DNA from: Methanotrichaceae archaeon
Lineage (GTDB): Archaea; Halobacteriota; Methanosarcinia; Methanotrichales; Methanotrichaceae
Length of the DNA: 64,000 nucleotides
Direction: 5' to 3'
Assembly (NCBI GenBank): GCA_963803145.1
Contig: CAWDLW010000016.1
Coordinates: 32,001 to 96,000, forward strand
This document shows positions 38,441 to 50,290 of the stretch, one piece after another. The translations under genes and the position numbers were made by a program. Under the pieces are notes generated by a model. The model ran no database searches, had not been told where the DNA came from, and saw only the letters and a list, made by a program, of their open reading frames with translations. The first letter of the stretch is position 1, and each line of letters opens with the position of its first letter.

Positions 38441-39002
38441 TTATGATCCTCCTTTGATTTATACTATTTTGATGCTTTGAGGAACGCCAAGTCCAGTACC
38501 ATTTCTAGCAAAGTATAACTTAATTTCAAAAGCCTGCATCTTTATGACTATGAATTTACCTTTTAATTTGCTTTATTGTCACCTAGCGAGATTCAACTAT
38601 AAAGCGCTATGATTTTCGGGTAAGTGTTGAATCGCGCCCGAAGAATGAAAATGATCATTAGCTCTACACTTTCTTTTGGCGCTAAAACTAACGGCTATCT
38701 TAGCGCGCTCCAACGCCCGTGCAGGCTACCCCTAACCCCTATCTGGGGGAAGGCCTTAGAAAACGACAAGCCATACGGTTGATGAGAGCAAGATAAACGA
38801 ATCTTTCTTACGTTGAAGACAAATACTATAATTCTTTCAATCGTTGGCTTTTTGAGTCGGCATTGAAGAATAAAAATTATCGCCAGCTAATGATAATCTA
38901 ATGTTTTTGTAGCATTGCGAAAAGGTTTCTGCCCTTGATAACATATTTAAATAAGTCAACGATTTAAATCTTGTGAACGTATATGATTCGGTTTAAAACT
39001 GA

Positions 39003-39599
39003 AGGGAAGATAATAATCTTAGCCCGTTTGAGGGGAAAGAATTTAATTTTATAAAATTTTTTTATATAAAAGGTGGCAATGGTATCGAATATGTTAAACA
39101 ACATGACTTATGTGTCTGCTTAATTGATGATATGAAACTACCTTCACTCTTTATTTCATCAGGAAAAGTATCATTAGGCGCAGATGTTGCAATAATTGGC
39201 TTTCCAACGTTCGATAGTCTCCAAAGAGTTGAGAATACGCCCTATGTTAAAAAGTCGATAATTAGTAGTGCATTGCGTTACCCCTTCAATACGGATGCAG
39301 AGGAGTTTATCTCCGAAAGAATTGCAATAGACGGGGATTTAGGAGATGGCTTCAGCGGTAGCCCTGTAATTTCAATAAAAGATTTCAAAGTAGTGGGTAT
39401 TATAGATTATTCGCCTGTTGAAATGAGTGAAGGAACCGCAAAAATGGATAAAACGTCGAAGACTCCTCCCTTAGAAGGTATTGCAGCGGTTGCATATCCA
39501 TGTGGGATCACCTTAGCTATTCCTGCAGTTAGGATAAATCAATATCTAGATTTAGTTGAAAACATGGACAGGTCTCGAGTAGTAGAAATGAATATTTAA
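39003..39599 (+). pseudogene. Trypsin-like serine protease C-terminal fragment
   Basis: HDLC (Asp), IIGFP, GFSGSPV (Ser), VVGI; in-frame TGA at 39000 and no catalytic His segment. Confidence 0.6.
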
Positions 39600-39656
39600 A
39601 ATGCAGTTCCGTATCGCTCACAAGCTCAAGAATATATAAATCTCTGGCATTGGTAA

Positions 39657-42092
39657 TCACTCCCCCTCAATCCTCTTCCTCATCTCCCCAGCCTCTTTCG
39701 CATCCTCAGCCTTGCCCAGCACTCGAGCCACTGCCTCGATCGCCTCCAGGTAGCGCACGATCTGGTCCAGGTAATTTATCAAATCTCCTTGGTATGCATA
39801 CATTCCATATTTATCGCTGAAATCATCTATAATCTCAGCGGGGCTCTTGCCTTCAGCTCGCAGCTCAAGTATCTTAATTGAGATATTCTTCTGGGGGCAG
39901 CCGCAGTAGGGGGTATCCATGCAAGTACAGCGCAGAAAATCCTTTGCAAAATCAAGACACTGCTTCTGGATCTTTCTCTCAAGATCATTTAAATCAGCGC
40001 TGCTCAAAAGATCCAGGAACGAGCCGTGAAGCGCCCGCTGAGATATGTTCATCTTCAGAGAGGTCGATATCTGCTCAGCAAACTTGAGGTAAAGATCTTC
40101 GAAGCTCTCCAAACTCACGGCCACCTCAAGCGGCGATACGCCCTTTTCGAGCTGTTCAGCCATCAGCTTCACCTCATCCGGCGTGAGAAAATGGGCGGCT
40201 GCCACAGCGCCAAGCTTTGTCGGCTCGATCCCCTTTATAAGCCCAGCCTTCGCGAGGGCCTTCAAAGAAGTATCAAGATCATCCAACCCTAACGTCAGCT
40301 CATGCAGACTCTCAAGCTCCTGGCGTGATCGCGCTGCCACTGCATTTGCCAGGACCTCCTCGAGCTGTTGCTCTTCTGAATACTCAGGCGCTACATTCTC
40401 CATCTCGCCATGAAGCAGCGCCAGTGCCACTTCATCTTCAGTCTCGCCACGTGAAGAAGTGAATCTTCTTCCGGGCTCAGCAAGGATATAGACCAATCCT
40501 TTATCGTGGTAACCAGGACGGCCTGCTCGTCCGAGCATCTGGTTGAACTCATGGACGTTCAGCCATTCTATCCCCATAGCAAGAGATTCAAAGATTACGT
40601 GCGATGCAGGAAAATCTACTCCCGCGGCGAGCGCTGCAGTAGTAACAACAGTATTTATCTTTCCCTGGCCGAACAGCTCCTCAATCCTCTTGCGCTCATA
40701 GTACTGAAGACCCGCATGATAGGCCGCTGCACCTTGTATCGATTGTGCGAGATTGTAGCAGTTCTTCCTTGAGTTTGTGAATATTATCGTCTGGCCGCGG
40801 TAACCTGTGGAGGATGTATGCTGCTCTCCCTCCTTCACTAGGTCTCTCATCAGTCGTCTCTTCTCGGGTCCGGAAGAAAATATCAGATGACGCTCTATGG
40901 GAATGGGCCTGACCTCGTACTCTACAAGAGCTGCTCCGAGTCGCTTGGCGAGGATAGCAGGATTGCCGACTGTGGCCGATAGGAATATGAACTGAGCCTC
41001 GGGTGCAACAAGCTTCAGCCTGGCAATCATGCCAGCAAGCCGATGTCCACGCTCGGCATCCTCCAGCATGTGCACTTCATCTATTACTACAGTGCCGATC
41101 TTTCCCAGGTTTCTTCTGGTTCTTATCACCTGATCTATGCCCTCATAGGTTCCTGCGATTATATCGGCATTCAGATCCTGACGCATCTTCCGACCATGGC
41201 CGAGCCTTATCCTGCTCACGCCTACGCGAATGGATGTAGAGAATCCTAATTCACCATAGGCTGACAGCTGGTCATACTTCTGGTTTGCCAGTGCAACAAG
41301 AGGGACAAGAAAGAGAAGCTTTCCCTTTCCTTCGATCAGATTCTTAATCCCTGCTAGCTCGCCTATCAGACTCTTGCCTGTGGCAGTAGCGGATACAACA
41401 AGCTGGCTAACGCCATCAAGAAGTCCGGCCTGAACCGATCTTGACTGAACCGGCAGAAGCTTTGTCAGCCTTTTCTTGAGCATTGCCATAAGCGCATCGG
41501 GAAGCTCAATCTCTTCAAGGTCAAGCGTTGCCTCCTCCCGGCTGGCTGGTATAACATCGAACCTTGTCAGCTCAGGGTCCAGCTTCTCTAGCGATAAGAG
41601 CTTCAGAACATCGTCCAGATTGCGCCTCTTTTTCAGTATGCGCGCCAGGTGCGATTTGCCTGCCCTGCTTAGCCCTCGGAAATCCGCCTCGCGTACAAGC
41701 TCGGCAGCTGCACAGTTCTCGCAGATCCTTGAGCCCTTGTAGGTTATCGCATCTTTGCCGACATAGGTTACCCTATGCTCTCCAAGGCAGTGGTTGCATA
41801 TGCTGACACGGCGGCAGTCCAGCTGAAATGCCTTCAGGAGCTCTAGAAACTTGTTCTCGAGTGCCTCGTCTCCATGGGCTAAGTAGATGGCACCTGCTTT
41901 TCTAAGCAGCTTCAGCGCATCCTCAGGAGGAAGATACTTCTCGACATCCTTCTTAATGAGGAACTTGCCAACCCTCGGCCCCTGGGGCATATCCTTCAAT
42001 CGAAGATAGCCTTCGAAAAGTGTTTTACCATCGCGCAGCGGCAGCAGCATTATTCTTGAACGGTCAGCCTTTGCCAGCACTTGAAAAGCCAT
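39657..42092 (-). CDS. Archaea-specific SF2 helicase (ASH-Ski2/COG1202, DUF5814)
   Basis: LLPVQ, SATATGKS, DEVH, SAT, YHAGL, QMLGRAGRP; C-terminal C.C..PYCGC. Confidence 0.9.
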   Translation of the reverse strand: MAFQVLAKADRSRIMLLPLRDGKTLFEGYLRLKDMPQGPRVGKFLIKKDVEKYLPPEDALKLLRKAGAIYLAHGDEALENKFLELLKAFQLDCRRVSICNHCLGEHRVTYVGKDAITYKGSRICENCAAAELVREADFRGLSRAGKSHLARILKKRRNLDDVLKLLSLEKLDPELTRFDVIPASREEATLDLEEIELPDALMAMLKKRLTKLLPVQSRSVQAGLLDGVSQLVVSATATGKSLIGELAGIKNLIEGKGKLLFLVPLVALANQKYDQLSAYGELGFSTSIRVGVSRIRLGHGRKMRQDLNADIIAGTYEGIDQVIRTRRNLGKIGTVVIDEVHMLEDAERGHRLAGMIARLKLVAPEAQFIFLSATVGNPAILAKRLGAALVEYEVRPIPIERHLIFSSGPEKRRLMRDLVKEGEQHTSSTGYRGQTIIFTNSRKNCYNLAQSIQGAAAYHAGLQYYERKRIEELFGQGKINTVVTTAALAAGVDFPASHVIFESLAMGIEWLNVHEFNQMLGRAGRPGYHDKGLVYILAEPGRRFTSSRGETEDEVALALLHGEMENVAPEYSEEQQLEEVLANAVAARSRQELESLHELTLGLDDLDTSLKALAKAGLIKGIEPTKLGAVAAAHFLTPDEVKLMAEQLEKGVSPLEVAVSLESFEDLYLKFAEQISTSLKMNISQRALHGSFLDLLSSADLNDLERKIQKQCLDFAKDFLRCTCMDTPYCGCPQKNISIKILELRAEGKSPAEIIDDFSDKYGMYAYQGDLINYLDQIVRYLEAIEAVARVLGKAEDAKEAGEMRKRIEGE

Positions 42093-42100
42093 TCTGTAAA

Positions 42101-42889
42101 TTATCCTAAAGTAAGATCGATAAGCTCGTATTTCAGGCCCTCTGATTCAAGGCGGTTGAGCAGATTCGGGATCTGTTCATCAACGCTTACCACCAGAGAG
42201 CTGATTCCATGATAAGCCGACTCTACGGCCGACTCTTTCGCTCCAAATACGACATCTGGCTCACGTCCAGCCTTTCTGAGCGCCACAAGAGCCTCTATTC
42301 CAAGACAGCCCACAATCTTATTTCTTAAGAGAACCTTCGATAGAGCATTCAGGTCCACTTTACGCGAGCCGCCCAATTGAGAGCGTGGCACTTTGCATAC
42401 GGTTATCTTTCCTTCTTCGAGGCCGATAAGCCCATGCAGGTCGGATACGCCAACATCTTCGCCCGCTTTCACATCGGATATAGTTATGCCGCTAGCATCT
42501 ATACCTATCTTCTTGCTCGCATAGAGGAGTCCATCCATCATTTCCAGTGATACCCTCTCGCCCTCTGATAGATCGATCTCAGCTATTGCTGTCCAGACAG
42601 AGACGTGGGCAATTACCTCCTCCATAACCACGCGGGCATAACGCTTCAGCTCAGCTGCACTCTCCAGGAGCCATTCGACGCCCTCTTTGGTTATATTATA
42701 GCGCATTCTGCCGTCTGTAGTGACAAGTCCGTCTGCCACAAGTTCTTTGATATACTCGGAGATCGCCTGAGGAGTGACCCCCAGCCGATCAGCGACCTCC
42801 TTCTGGCGCAGATTGGGCTGATGCGCAGCTATTTCTACAAGTATCTGAAAACGAGAACTTTCGCGCTTGCTTTGGAGGACGTTGGCCAT
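42101..42889 (-). CDS. wHTH (MarR-like) transcriptional regulator, conserved archaeal family
   Basis: QILVEIA..QP..RQKEVA..LGVTPQAISEYIK. Confidence 0.85.
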   Translation of the reverse strand: MANVLQSKRESSRFQILVEIAAHQPNLRQKEVADRLGVTPQAISEYIKELVADGLVTTDGRMRYNITKEGVEWLLESAAELKRYARVVMEEVIAHVSVWTAIAEIDLSEGERVSLEMMDGLLYASKKIGIDASGITISDVKAGEDVGVSDLHGLIGLEEGKITVCKVPRSQLGGSRKVDLNALSKVLLRNKIVGCLGIEALVALRKAGREPDVVFGAKESAVESAYHGISSLVVSVDEQIPNLLNRLESEGLKYELIDLTLG

Positions 42890-42897
42890 TTCGATTT

Positions 42898-43416
42898 TCA
42901 GTGCTCCTCATCATAAAGCTCTATTCTCTGCCCCCTCACTGCCAGATTCTCAGCTCTCTTTGCAACACCCTTTAGAAAGACCTGGCTTAGATTCATCTCT
43001 CTTGATAGATTGGACAGTGAATTGTTGCCCGCCATTACCTGCTTTTGCAGACTCTCAATTACATCACGCAAGTCTTCATCTGACATGAAGGTCAAGCCAA
43101 TGATTTCACTCAGATCCTCCATGGAAGCTCCGAAGCTGGCCTGGATGCGGGAATAAGTGGAATGATATTCCTTCTCGGGGCTTCCTCCTGCCTCGGGCGC
43201 CCTCCACTTAGTCTCAATCAGGCCGCTCTTTCGAAGCAGAGACACGCTTCTATGGACAGTGCTCTTGTCTCCAACGGCCTCAACTAGCTCACGCTCGGTA
43301 TGCCAGCCTTTACAAAGCTCATCGAAGACCTTTTTGTGAACCTCCGAGCCGAATGCCTGCAAAAGTGGGACTAGGTCGGAGGGATCATTGATGATTCGAG
43401 TTCTCTTTCCGTTCAC
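42898..43416 (-). CDS. ArsR-type transcriptional regulator (methanogen-conserved)
   Basis: INDPSDLVPLL, LIE.KWR.P...PEKEYH..YS. Confidence 0.8.
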   Translation of the reverse strand: MNGKRTRIINDPSDLVPLLQAFGSEVHKKVFDELCKGWHTERELVEAVGDKSTVHRSVSLLRKSGLIETKWRAPEAGGSPEKEYHSTYSRIQASFGASMEDLSEIIGLTFMSDEDLRDVIESLQKQVMAGNNSLSNLSREMNLSQVFLKGVAKRAENLAVRGQRIELYDEEH

Positions 43417-43534
43417 AAAGAATCTCCTTTGGGCATTATCCTTTAGATTTGATAAGGCTTTTGAGGGACATTATACAATATATATGGATTTTATATCTCC
43501 GTTGAATATGAATTTGGTAAATGTATCCCTCGCC

Positions 43535-45442
43535 TCAGATCATCCTGATAGTCTCTAGATTCATAGGAGCCATAGTAGGGATCCTGTATCTCTTGTAAAC
43601 AGAGCTAGCCAGATCAAGGCAGTTGCCTTCCTCGCCGTGGTTTGTCAGGACTCGTCCTGGCTTCGGGTATACCCTGCGGATATACTCCATGAGCTGGTTT
43701 CGATCAGAGTGCCCTGAGAAGCCATCCACAGTTGTCACCTCAAGATTGATCTTTACGGTTTGAGTCTTGCCCTCCACAGATAATGGAAGTTCCTTCCAGC
43801 CCTTCTGGATGCGCCGCCCCAGTGTGCCTTCTGCCTGATATCCAACTATGACAAGTGTGTTCTTCTCGTCAGGTCCGAGCCTCTTCAAGTATTCCATTAT
43901 AGGCCCTCCGTTAAGCATGCCGCTTGTTGCAAGTATGACACACGGAGGCCCCTCAATTATGTTCGTTCTTTGGTTGGGGGTCTCAACCTGCACAAAGCAC
44001 TCTGAGAGGAATGGATTGATACCCTTATGGAATATCAGCTCTCGCAGATCGTTGTTCAGATATTCGGGATAAGTCGTATGAATTGCAGTCGCCTCATAGA
44101 TCATGCCATCCAGATAGACAGGCACCTCATCCACCGTCTTCCTGCGTATCGCCTCCTCTAGGACTATCATGACCTCTTGGCTTCTGCCCACAGCAAACGC
44201 AGGAATTATGACCTTTCCGCCTCGTTTAATAGTATCCCGAACGACATTGATGAGATTTGTCTCAGCATCCTTACGAGACGGCTGGATGCTATTAGCTCCT
44301 CCATAGGTAGCTTCTGTTATCAGCGTCTCAAGCCTCGGGAAGTTGCTTACGGCGGGGTCAAAGAGCCTAGTCCTCTCGAATTTGAAGTCGCCTGTGAAGG
44401 CCACGTTGTAAAGCCCGTCTCCGATATGGAAGTGAGCAATGGAAGATCCAAGGATGTGGCCGGCGTTATGCATTGTGAGCTTGGTATCTGGAGCAATATC
44501 CGTAACATCCCCATAGTTGAGGGTAATGGTATGCTTTAGCGCCTGGCGGATCATGCTGGAGTCATAAGGTAGCCTCTTTCCCTCGCGCCCTGCCACCTCT
44601 ATGTAATCCAGTTGTAGTAGCACGAAGAGATCCCGCGTAGGCGGAGTGCAATAGATGGGCCCTTCATAACCGTACTTGTAAAGCATCGGCACAAGGCCCG
44701 CGTGATCTAAGTGGGCATGTGTGAGAACAACTGCGTCAATCTGATTGAGAGGATAAACCTCTGGAACGTAAAGGTACGGTGTTGCCGAATCATCTGAGCC
44801 CACATTTATGCCGCAGTCGATGATTATTCTGGACTCTGGTGTTGACAGAAGCATACAGCTTCTACCAACCTCACGGCATCCGCCGAGTGTTGATATCCTC
44901 ACCCACTGATCTTTTGAAGCTAGGTCTCTGTGTATTTTTCTGCCTACTGTTCTTAATATGCTTTTGCGTTCATTTTGGACACTTCTTAGGTAATCCTTTA
45001 TGTTCGCTATTGTTGACGAACGTACAGGCGGTGTTCTGACAACCTTAGGGGTCCAGCCTATCATTTTTGTTATCTCGCGTAAAGTAGCACCATGGCGACC
45101 TATGACAAGGCCGGGCTTTTCTGCCTCGATCACAACCTCCCCTGTCTCGCCATCAAAAAAATAATCAGAGATTGCTGCCTCTTTTGGCACAACATCCTGA
45201 ATTTTCTTTATAGCTGCCTCAGGCTCTGCCAGCACCTTCAGGTCTGGTCTCACAACGACGCGCTTTCGAAGATCCTTTGCTAAGGATCGGATTATCTCTC
45301 CATCATCCGCCAGGCGTTTTGGATCATCTGTATAGATAACCAGTTCTGGACCCTCGAACTCGAGGCCAGTCACATTTATATCCGGCGGCAGCTTGCTCTG
45401 CACCTTGCGCTTAAGCTCAAAAAGTACCTCTTCAACCGACAA
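43535..45442 (-). CDS. fttA: Beta-CASP ribonuclease aCPSF1 / transcription termination factor FttA
   Basis: N-terminal KH domains (KPGLVIG..G), [29 protein letters not shown]. Confidence 0.96.
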   Translation of the reverse strand: MSVEEVLFELKRKVQSKLPPDINVTGLEFEGPELVIYTDDPKRLADDGEIIRSLAKDLRKRVVVRPDLKVLAEPEAAIKKIQDVVPKEAAISDYFFDGETGEVVIEAEKPGLVIGRHGATLREITKMIGWTPKVVRTPPVRSSTIANIKDYLRSVQNERKSILRTVGRKIHRDLASKDQWVRISTLGGCREVGRSCMLLSTPESRIIIDCGINVGSDDSATPYLYVPEVYPLNQIDAVVLTHAHLDHAGLVPMLYKYGYEGPIYCTPPTRDLFVLLQLDYIEVAGREGKRLPYDSSMIRQALKHTITLNYGDVTDIAPDTKLTMHNAGHILGSSIAHFHIGDGLYNVAFTGDFKFERTRLFDPAVSNFPRLETLITEATYGGANSIQPSRKDAETNLINVVRDTIKRGGKVIIPAFAVGRSQEVMIVLEEAIRRKTVDEVPVYLDGMIYEATAIHTTYPEYLNNDLRELIFHKGINPFLSECFVQVETPNQRTNIIEGPPCVILATSGMLNGGPIMEYLKRLGPDEKNTLVIVGYQAEGTLGRRIQKGWKELPLSVEGKTQTVKINLEVTTVDGFSGHSDRNQLMEYIRRVYPKPGRVLTNHGEEGNCLDLASSVYKRYRIPTMAPMNLETIRMI

Positions 45443-45461
45443 TAGAACACACCCAAAAAAG

Positions 45462-46085
45462 TTAAAGTAACTTCATTATCTCCTGGTTCTCTAGCTCGCC
45501 GACCTCCTCATATTTATCTTTGGTAATCCTGACGAGCTCTATCTTATTGCCAGATGCAGAGTCCCTCTTCATGGCATTATGTATGGCTCTAGCAGCTAGC
45601 GTAGTTCCTTCCTCGATGCTTATGCCAGGGCGATACATCGACTCAAGAACACCGTATGCTATGGGTGATCCAGATCCTGTGGAGACTACTTTCTTCTCCT
45701 CAATTTGGCCGCCCAGAGCATCAAGGGAATATATTTTAGGTCCATACCTGTCCACACCACCCAAGATTAGCTGTACATAGAATGGGTAGTATCTCCTTGA
45801 GGAGAGGATATTGGATAGCATCGTAGTAAGGGCCTTCACACTCATGGGCTCGCCCCTCTGCATTCTATAAAGCCTCGATTCGACCTGAACCATTCGAACA
45901 AGCGCCTGCGCATCACCTACTACGCCTGCTGTTGTCATTCCTATTAAATCATCGACCTGATAGATCTTCTTGGCTGTAGTGCTGGCTATAAAATTGCCCA
46001 TGGTAGCACGACTCTCCGATGCGAGAACTACACCACCATCGCAGAGTATACCTACCGTAGTTGTACCTTTGAACACCTCTACCAT
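45462..46085 (-). CDS. psmB: Proteasome beta subunit
   Basis: KG|TTTVG propeptide cleavage site, TGSGSP.AYG.LE, RDSASG. Confidence 0.96.
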   Translation of the reverse strand: MVEVFKGTTTVGILCDGGVVLASESRATMGNFIASTTAKKIYQVDDLIGMTTAGVVGDAQALVRMVQVESRLYRMQRGEPMSVKALTTMLSNILSSRRYYPFYVQLILGGVDRYGPKIYSLDALGGQIEEKKVVSTGSGSPIAYGVLESMYRPGISIEEGTTLAARAIHNAMKRDSASGNKIELVRITKDKYEEVGELENQEIMKLL

Positions 46086-46209
46086 CTAATTACCTCAACT
46101 AAAATCAGAAAACGGATAAGATCTCATTTCCTTCTACGATATATATACTTTCCGCCGCAGGGTCTCAGCATACGAACTCTAGAAATATCAATAGCGTTCA
46201 TGCGGTAGT

Positions 46210-47028
46210 GTGATCAATGGACTGAGCGACTGGATATATAGATACTACGTATATCCCATAATTTACGACACAGGTTATAATCCAGTAGATACAGTTACCT
46301 GGGCCATCATTCTCGGGATAGCGGTTCTAGGCTTGATCAGGCTCTTTCGCAAGCTGGACCTTCGTATGGATGAAGGTCTCATTCTATATACTCTGCCATA
46401 TATATTCGCAGGCTCAAGCCTTAGGGTGATCGAGGATACTGGGCTGGTAGCACCTCCTTGGAGATATCTTCTTATAACGCCTTTGATCTACTTCCTGGTC
46501 TTCATGGTGACATTCACATCACTACTACTAAACAGGAAGATCTTTGGAAAGGATTTCTATAAAGGATATGCTGCAATCGGTATTATCTGGACAATCCTCA
46601 ATATCTCAGCCTTAGCAGCAATAGGCTTCAAAAATGCCTGGGTAATCGTACTCATCTTCGGCTTAGGCTCGGGCTTTGCCGGATCGTTATACATTCTAAG
46701 ACTGGGAGTCCCATGGCTGGGGTTCCTAGATGATAATTATAACATGATGATAATTTATGCTCATATGCTTGATGCCAGCTCAACCTACATCGGAGTTGAC
46801 TGGTTCGGATACTACGAGAAGCATGTAGTTCCAACCTTTATTATCAACCTGACAGGAACTGCAGCAATAATGTATCCATTGAAGCTGCTGGTGCTGCTGC
46901 CTGCTCTGAGCATGATCGATAAGAGCTTGGGAGATCCATCGCTCAGAAACCTAGCGAAGCTTGTCCTTATAACATTAGGCTTAGCTCCTGCAGTAAGGAA
47001 CACCCTGCGCCTTGCCTTGGGAATTTGA
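46210..47028 (+). CDS. DUF63 membrane protein
   Basis: GYNPVDT, LRVIED, LITP.IY, HMLDA.STY.G, Y.EKHV. Confidence 0.88.
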   Translation: MINGLSDWIYRYYVYPIIYDTGYNPVDTVTWAIILGIAVLGLIRLFRKLDLRMDEGLILYTLPYIFAGSSLRVIEDTGLVAPPWRYLLITPLIYFLVFMVTFTSLLLNRKIFGKDFYKGYAAIGIIWTILNISALAAIGFKNAWVIVLIFGLGSGFAGSLYILRLGVPWLGFLDDNYNMMIIYAHMLDASSTYIGVDWFGYYEKHVVPTFIINLTGTAAIMYPLKLLVLLPALSMIDKSLGDPSLRNLAKLVLITLGLAPAVRNTLRLALGI

Positions 47029-47053
47029 ATGAGGATAAGAGAAGCGCAGAATT

Positions 47054-48871
47054 TTATTCTGCGTTCGCTCTCTGGATCTCAATCTTATCGCCTTGTTTCA
47101 GTCTTCTCAATATTTGCTTGGCCATTTCTGAAGATTTGGCGACCTTGATGTCGCCCTTGCGGCCGACAGTTGCGGTGAATATAAGATCGCCACCTACGTA
47201 AACATCCACAGGTTCGCCCATGCACTCGTTCAGCCAGATAATGATATGTCTTGTGGTCTCCTCCACTTTGGGAACAAGTTCTCCCTCACAGGCATCCTCG
47301 CGAGTGCGAACATCTATATGCATACCAAGGGTCTTCTCTATCTGCTCGATGTTGCGACCTGATTTCCCTATGACTTTGGCGGCATCTTGCTGAGGAACAT
47401 GGATCACGGCGCTTGAATCTGTGAGCATTTGAACATCGACGGGCCCTCGAACATGATGGGCAATCTCCTTCTCTATCTCCCGCGATGCCAGTTTCCAAGA
47501 GGGCTTATGGGGCATCATCTTCACTGGCATAACCACGATCTGCTCGCCATAGGTATACATTTCATACTCGGCAACGCCAGTCTCAAAATCCTTTACGACA
47601 ATAACTGGCCTCGCCAAATCGACCTCCGTCATGCCTGCAGGGACCTTAACGACGAACTCGATATCATAAACCTTTGTGACCTCACCCTTCTCTATAAAGA
47701 TCACAGTATCCACGACCTGAGGTATCATGCCAAGCTCGATTCGGCCCAGTAGGCGCTGCAAGGCATCTATCGGCTTATTGGCATGAACAACTCCTATCAT
47801 TCCCACGCCTGCAAGCCGCATATCTGCGAAGACGCGGAAGTCGTTGGTCTTCCTGACCTCATCGTAGATTGTATAATCTGGACGAACGAGCAGTAGTATG
47901 TCTGCGGATGCCTCCATGCTGCCTTCAAGAGGGCCATATTGCGTGATCTCAGGAGGAACCTGTAGGTCCCGTGGAGATTCAAGGGTCTTTACAACGTAAT
48001 TACACTTCAGCAGGTACTCGGCTACACCTGCGGCGAAAGTTGATTTCCCTGAGCCCGGCGGCCCTGCGATGAGAAGACCTCGCTGGCTTGATCTTAGGCG
48101 CTCCTTCAGCTCTGCGCTATGTTTGTAGGAATCAAGATCGACCTTTGCGACAGGCCGCACCGCTGTTATTTCCAGGCCATCTGAGAAGGGTGGCTTCGTT
48201 ATGGCTATCCTCATCGTCCCAAGCTGGATGACTGACGCGCCCATCTTCTCGATTTCCACAGAGCCATCAGGATCGACCTTCACTCTTTCGAAGATCTCTC
48301 TGGAGACGTCTCGAAGCTCTTTATCGCTAAGTGGCTTATCACCCAAACGGACCAAGCTGAAATCCCCGACTTTCCCTCGCTTGGCCATTGGAACTGCGCC
48401 TTCCTTAAGGTGAACGGAGAGCGTATCCTCTGTAAAGTACCTCTCAAGGGAGATTGGCTTGATAGCCTCTCTTTGTGGGCGCACATACTCAACATTGAGG
48501 CCCATCGCCTGTGCGACCCTATACTGGACCTGATCGCTTGTCATAAATGAGGCGCCAAGCTCAAGGGCTACATCCCTTATCATAGCGTCTATCTCGCCGC
48601 CTCCTGCGAGCTTAATCTGATCTAGGTTCGGCCTGATTCCAACATACTCAAGCTCAATTTTTCCGGACTTTGCAAGCTCAGATAGCCTCCTGAGTTCCTC
48701 AAGCCCTTTAAGGCCCGTTTCCCTTCCATGATTTGCCTGTGCCTCAAGCTCTGCTACGACTGCCTCAGGGATTACGATTCTCCTTCCTAGAAGATCGCCT
48801 GCTTTTACCCTGGCAGATATCCTGCCGTCTATAACTACGCTGGTATCTGGCACCAATTGTTGCGCCATCAT
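47054..48871 (-). CDS. PINA-type PIN-domain ATPase with C-terminal KH domain
   Basis: VPDTS..IDG PIN motif, GPPGSGKST, ESPRDL, DEVR, VIGKSG.NI KH motif. Confidence 0.92.
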   Translation of the reverse strand: MMAQQLVPDTSVVIDGRISARVKAGDLLGRRIVIPEAVVAELEAQANHGRETGLKGLEELRRLSELAKSGKIELEYVGIRPNLDQIKLAGGGEIDAMIRDVALELGASFMTSDQVQYRVAQAMGLNVEYVRPQREAIKPISLERYFTEDTLSVHLKEGAVPMAKRGKVGDFSLVRLGDKPLSDKELRDVSREIFERVKVDPDGSVEIEKMGASVIQLGTMRIAITKPPFSDGLEITAVRPVAKVDLDSYKHSAELKERLRSSQRGLLIAGPPGSGKSTFAAGVAEYLLKCNYVVKTLESPRDLQVPPEITQYGPLEGSMEASADILLLVRPDYTIYDEVRKTNDFRVFADMRLAGVGMIGVVHANKPIDALQRLLGRIELGMIPQVVDTVIFIEKGEVTKVYDIEFVVKVPAGMTEVDLARPVIVVKDFETGVAEYEMYTYGEQIVVMPVKMMPHKPSWKLASREIEKEIAHHVRGPVDVQMLTDSSAVIHVPQQDAAKVIGKSGRNIEQIEKTLGMHIDVRTREDACEGELVPKVEETTRHIIIWLNECMGEPVDVYVGGDLIFTATVGRKGDIKVAKSSEMAKQILRRLKQGDKIEIQRANAE

Positions 48872-48920
48872 CTATAACATCCTTTTAATTATCAATTTAT
48901 CCATTAAGTCTAAAATAAAG

Positions 48921-49604
48921 CTAGAGATATACTATATCCATCTTTCGCTTTTTAGCAATCCATTCCAGAATATAGTCTATATCCATTTGTCGCCTGATCT
49001 GTTTGTTCGCTGCTATGAACAAGATTGGCCTCTCCTTAAGAACACCTGTAATCTTCTGAGATGCCAGAGGCCCGAATCCAGGGTCAAGCCTCCTGAGAAT
49101 ACAAAGTTTCAGATCGCTCGGCGTAAAGGTTCCATCCAATTCATATCCGAACTCTATACAAATGTTTCCGGGCTTCTGGCTCATTCTAAAAGATGCTTTA
49201 TAGCTGGCAAAGCGTTTCTTATCATACAGCTTTCTATCTTCGAACGCTGGCTTGAGATCCTCATCGAGGATTGCATTAGCAAGGCTTTCTAGATCCTTCT
49301 GGGCCTTTTGAGAGTACTCTGTGCAGCCTGCCATCTTGAGAGTTCCTAATCGATCCAAAGAAAGCCTATTGGCATGGCAATAATCGCAGCTATCAATGGT
49401 ACAGAGATCATCTAATGTAGGGAATGAAGATAGAGCATAATTATCGCAACCTTTGCATTTTATGCTTACTATAGTCCTCTTGTCGAGGAAAGGCATTATA
49501 CCCTCGAGGGCTGCTAATGCTTCTATGGCGCCTGGATCTAACTGTCCCTCAAGGCATCTTTTGATATCTTCTATGGCGATAAGTAGCTCATTGTCCTTTT
49601 CCAT
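48921..49604 (-). CDS. Hypothetical protein with Cys-rich segment
   Basis: 227-aa ORF; CKGC...C...CDYCH. Confidence 0.7.
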   Translation of the reverse strand: MEKDNELLIAIEDIKRCLEGQLDPGAIEALAALEGIMPFLDKRTIVSIKCKGCDNYALSSFPTLDDLCTIDSCDYCHANRLSLDRLGTLKMAGCTEYSQKAQKDLESLANAILDEDLKPAFEDRKLYDKKRFASYKASFRMSQKPGNICIEFGYELDGTFTPSDLKLCILRRLDPGFGPLASQKITGVLKERPILFIAANKQIRRQMDIDYILEWIAKKRKMDIVYL

Positions 49605-49753
49605 GTATTATCCTTCAGCATAATAGCTCTGCCTTTGGCAAATATGAACCTTAACGTAGCACATGATCTTACATAAAAACCTGCCGTGACTCCGAAAAAT
49701 CTATATCTTCACCTATCCTCCTCGCGGAGAAGAGGAAAGAGGAGGTCAGCCTG

Positions 49754-50290
49754 TTGAAAGAGATTCGAATACACGGCCGTGGAGGTCAGGGATCTGTTAC
49801 TGCGGCCGAATTGATAGCCATTGCAGCCTTTGAGGATAAAAAATTTTCGCAGGCATTCCCCGCATTTGGAGTTGAGCGGAGGGGCGCGCCAGTAATGGCC
49901 TTTGCAAGAATTGCCGATAGGCCAATCAGAATAAGAAGCCAGATCTATGAGCCGGACTATGTTGTCGTCCAGGACGTCACGCTGTTAGATGTGGTCAACG
50001 TCGCCAGCGGCCTTAAGCCCGATGGCAAGATAATAATAAACACCGATAGACCCAAGGAGAATCTGAAGCTCAGTACAAAGGCCGAGGTTGTGACAATAGA
50101 TGCCACAAGGATCGCTATGGATATCCTGGGAAGGCCGATTGTAAATACAACTATGCTGGGGGCATTCTGCGGTGCCACAAAGGAGGTCGGCCTAGATAGC
50201 CTGAATAAGGCGATCTTGGAGAGATTTAAGGGAGAGCTTGGCAGGAAGAACCTGCTTGCGATAAAGACCGCTTATGAGAGGGTTTCCTGA
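49754..50290 (+). CDS. porG: Pyruvate:ferredoxin oxidoreductase gamma subunit
   Basis: [21 protein letters not shown]; GGAGG before TTG. Confidence 0.93.
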   Translation: MKEIRIHGRGGQGSVTAAELIAIAAFEDKKFSQAFPAFGVERRGAPVMAFARIADRPIRIRSQIYEPDYVVVQDVTLLDVVNVASGLKPDGKIIINTDRPKENLKLSTKAEVVTIDATRIAMDILGRPIVNTTMLGAFCGATKEVGLDSLNKAILERFKGELGRKNLLAIKTAYERVS

